From an uncultured delta proteobacterium (GTDB lineage: Bacteria > Desulfobacterota > Binatia > UBA9968): a stretch of 64,000 nucleotides of DNA. Where the stretch lies: positions 32,001 to 96,000 of the forward strand of contig CAWFJP010000018.1 of the NCBI GenBank assembly GCA_963816145.1, in the 5' to 3' direction. This document shows, one piece after another, positions 61,805 to 64,000 of the stretch. A program made the position numbers and the translations under genes. Under the pieces are notes generated by a model. It saw only the letters and a list, made by a program, of their open reading frames with translations, did not search any database and was not told the origin of the DNA. Positions within the stretch are counted from its first letter, which is position 1, and every line of letters begins with the position of its first letter.

Positions 61805-61819
61805 GCAGCATACGTGCCA
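61805..61819 (-). promoter_or_regulatory. Sigma54 (-24/-12) promoter-like motif
   Basis: Minus strand TGGCACGTATGCTGC with GG-N10-GC spacing. Confidence 0.55.
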
Positions 61820-61862
61820 AAACAATATCTCGAACAGGAATAAAGTCAGCGACTGCCATCAC

Positions 61863-62139
61863 ATCCCCGTCGCGGCGCGTTTCTACGATCTGATATATCA
61901 CCCGGAAGAAACCGTTTTCCTGCGTTATGGCCGGAAGACCGGGCATCGCACCATGAACGGCAAAAACATGATCGACCGCCAGGCGGTCATCGCCTTCTGC
62001 CGCAGATTCTGCCGTCGGCAATTGCAGTCATTAGGCAAAGACACAGCCGCCACCCAGCGCGAAGTCGCCGAGGTCATGTTGGCGAATTGGTAACAGCGAG
62101 GAGATTCCGGGGGCTCACACGGCGCTCAACATCGCGTCT
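61863..62139 (+). pseudogene. Diverged duplicate of the aroE 3' end and downstream flank (repeat A, copy 2)
   Basis: Collinear with 57791-58066; IPVAARFYDLIYHPEETVFLR...VMLANW* versus IPVATRFYDLIYHPEETVFLR...IMFANW*. Confidence 0.93.
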
Positions 62140-62304
62140 ATCCCGGTCGTCAGCGGTGATTTTCGGCTTTCGACCCCGCGGATCATCACGCGGTGCGGCG
62201 ATCTGGGTCTATCCCACCCTGACTCCGCTAGCGCCGGCGCTTCCTTAATTCAATTTTATCCAGCTATTCAACGATGTCCGTTTCGCTCTCCGGTCCGTTT
62301 TCTG

Positions 62305-62403
62305 ACTTGGAAGCTTCAGCTAACAGACCGATCTGACGTAGTCACGTTGCTGTTAATGTTACATATTCACGGTGCTATGACCCGGATAAGTAGCCTGTCC
62401 CCT
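62305..62403. repeat. Intergenic direct repeat B, copy 2
   Basis: Matches 61002-61110. Confidence 0.8.
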
Positions 62404-63288
62404 CTACTCAGTTGAACGAAGCGCAGCGGTTGAACGGCTGGAACGATTGGAACAGCCTTCCAACAACAGGCGCAACCGCTCGGCGCGTTCTATCCCGGCC
62501 GCTTCCAGGCTGGCAGCGAACGCCGAGCGCGCGCCGACCAGCGGCGCGACGTCGCATTCGAGAAAGCGCAGCCGGCCGCTGTCCTTCTCATGAATCAGAT
62601 CGATGCGCGCGGCCCAATTGACGCCGAATACTTCGGCGATCCTTTGCGCGGCGTCTCTCACCCGCGCCGCGACACCGATGTCGGCGAGCGGCGCGCGCGG
62701 CGGGCGAAGCAAATATTTGCGCCAGAAGGAATACGGTGTGCCTTCGGGCAAATGAATCTGCAGCGGCACGCCGACGCGCCCGTGCAACACGGCAACGGTC
62801 AACTCTGTCCCGTGAATGTACTCCTGCGCTATGTAAGCCTCGGTTCGAAACCGCGCGGGAATCGGACCGCCGCGCAAGAGTCGTACGCCGAGCGAGTCGG
62901 AGCCGCGGCGCGGCTTCAGAATCAACGGAAACGCCATGCTGCCGGCAGCGTCGGCGAGCGATGTCGGGGGAGAGTCCACGCTATTCGCCGCGGCGAGGCG
63001 ATGGGCTTGGTATTTGTCGTAGCAGCGCGCCATGACTTCAGCGCTGGGACCGATAAAAGAGCGCCTGGCGCTCGTGAGCGCCTGTGCGGCGGCAAGCATC
63101 ACGGGATCCGAAAGCCGCAACAAAAGCATCTCGGCAGTCAAATACTGTATCGAATCGGCGCGGTACCGCAGGACGTTGACTTGATGTCCGGCGCGCCGCA
63201 GTTCTCCGGCGATGGCGCGCGCTTCACCGCGGTGTATCCAGGCGAGCGGATGAGGACGCCAAGGTTCACGAAGAAGGGTGATCTTCAA
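62404..63288 (-). CDS. D-Ala-D-Ala ligase-like ATP-grasp protein
   Basis: FIGPSA..CYDK, FPLILKP..SDSLGV, QEYIHGTELTVAV, RIDL, FLE. Confidence 0.75.
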   Translation of the reverse strand: MKITLLREPWRPHPLAWIHRGEARAIAGELRRAGHQVNVLRYRADSIQYLTAEMLLLRLSDPVMLAAAQALTSARRSFIGPSAEVMARCYDKYQAHRLAAANSVDSPPTSLADAAGSMAFPLILKPRRGSDSLGVRLLRGGPIPARFRTEAYIAQEYIHGTELTVAVLHGRVGVPLQIHLPEGTPYSFWRKYLLRPPRAPLADIGVAARVRDAAQRIAEVFGVNWAARIDLIHEKDSGRLRFLECDVAPLVGARSAFAASLEAAGIERAERLRLLLEGCSNRSSRSTAALRSTE

Positions 63289-63367
63289 AGCCCGCGATCA
63301 GAAAATCGCTATACGGATCGACCAGCAGCAGCCCGGTCCGGTCCGGAAAATAGTTGATTTTGCTCAT
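63266..63367 (-). pseudogene. N-terminal remnant of an isochorismatase-family cysteine hydrolase
   Basis: MSKINYFPDRTGLLLVDPYSDFL, then an early stop overlapping the ATP-grasp start. Confidence 0.55.
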
Positions 63368-63467
63368 CAGATATCTTTCGGATTGTCGCCGAGCTCCACG
63401 ACCGAACAGCGTTCACCTGATCCATTCCTTGCCATGAGTCGAACGCATGGGGCACCAAACGGAGTTG

Positions 63468-63669
63468 AAAGTGGCGCAGGCGTCCCGCCTCCGATCTGGT
63501 TGGGAAAATCACCGGCGGGACACCGCTGCCACTTTATTAAGCCGCACAGTCATTAAGCGAAACCACTTCGCGGGCGGGGATTTAACCCCGCCGCCAATTT
63601 CAATATTGCAAAGGGGGATGCTCGCCCCCTTGGAAACCCCATTTAGTTGTGCCCGCCTCAAGAGGCGGG
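63468..63669. repeat. Cluster of four different GC-rich palindromes
   Basis: 63468-63535 long imperfect inverted repeat; GGCGGGG/CCCCGCC; AAGGGGG/CCCCCTT; CCCGCCTC/GAGGCGGG. Confidence 0.7.
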
Positions 63670-63704
63670 GTTAATGATAAATCAACCGTTCTCGCTGCGC
63701 CGAC

Positions 63705-64000
63705 CTAGCGCGGCGCGCGGATCTCCATCTCCAAACCGTTGGGGTCTTTGACGAAGATGGTCGTCAGCTTGCCGGCGGCGTCGCGATTTTCGCGCAGGAT
63801 CGTTGCGCCCTTTTCTTTGAAATCCTGGCGCACCTGGTCGATATCGTCGGTGACGAAGCCGTAGTGATGGACGCCGACGGCGGTCGCCGACTCCATCAGT
63901 TGGATCGCCGGCGCGCCGGCGATGCGCATGAAGCAAAACGCATAACCGGCATCGCCTTTGCGGATCGCCGTCGGTTGGGCGCCGAAAAACTTCTGATAGA
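63705..64000 (-). CDS. VOC/glyoxalase-family protein (5' end outside the window)
   Basis: YQKFFGA, GVHHYGFVTDDI, IFVKDPNGLEMEI. Confidence 0.85.
   Translation of the reverse strand, partial: YQKFFGAQPTAIRKGDAGYAFCFMRIAGAPAIQLMESATAVGVHHYGFVTDDIDQVRQDFKEKGATILRENRDAAGKLTTIFVKDPNGLEMEIRAPR

Noticed and set aside
62410-62455. CRISPR-like repeats (GTTGAAC units)
   Set aside because: Units are only 7-9 nt with irregular short spacing, no spacer-length intervals and no cas genes.
62404-63288. Vancomycin-resistance ligase (VanA-like)
   Set aside because: No vanH, vanX or vanRS context, and the N-terminal D-Ala-binding motif is absent.

Overview
This 64-kb window is GC-rich chromosomal DNA from a diderm bacterium. 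Gene content and order (orphan TctC/Bug binding proteins, several amidohydrolases, an LLM oxidoreductase, a lysS-lol-bamA-lpx superoperon) suggest a deltaproteobacterial/Binatia-like lineage; this is inference. Left to right: (1) outer-membrane/lipid A superoperon lysS-lolC/E-lolD-bamA-skp-lpxD-fabZ-lpxA-lpxI-gnnA-like-lpxB-msbA-waaA-lpxK, preceded by metF; (2) an Rrf2-headed SUF operon with no sufB, ending in two DUF59/SufT genes and a truncated haemoglobin; (3) a patchy accessory zone (cupredoxin-like protein, 3-hydroxyanthranilate dioxygenase, gene remnants, fumC, two TctC proteins, an LLM gene bracketed by 65-bp inverted repeats, a sigma54-type structured leader); (4) valS-nadC-birA-coaX-EF-G2 running into two amidohydrolases and a gamma-glutamyltransferase; (5) tRNA-Leu(CAG), cytochrome c/PuuD-like pair, prenyl synthase-ubiE-membrane protein, an orphan nuoB between two cold-shock-fold genes, yeaG-yeaH-spoVR; (6) aroE followed by an integrase-free ~4-kb islet bounded by a diverged duplicate of the aroE 3' end, carrying a di-iron ferritin-like gene, an amidohydrolase and a sigma54-type sORF/Zn-protein unit. 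Several single-base frameshifts in otherwise intact genes are probably sequencing indels. I saw no CRISPR array, rRNA, prophage or intact transposase. All calls come from motif recognition, not database searches.
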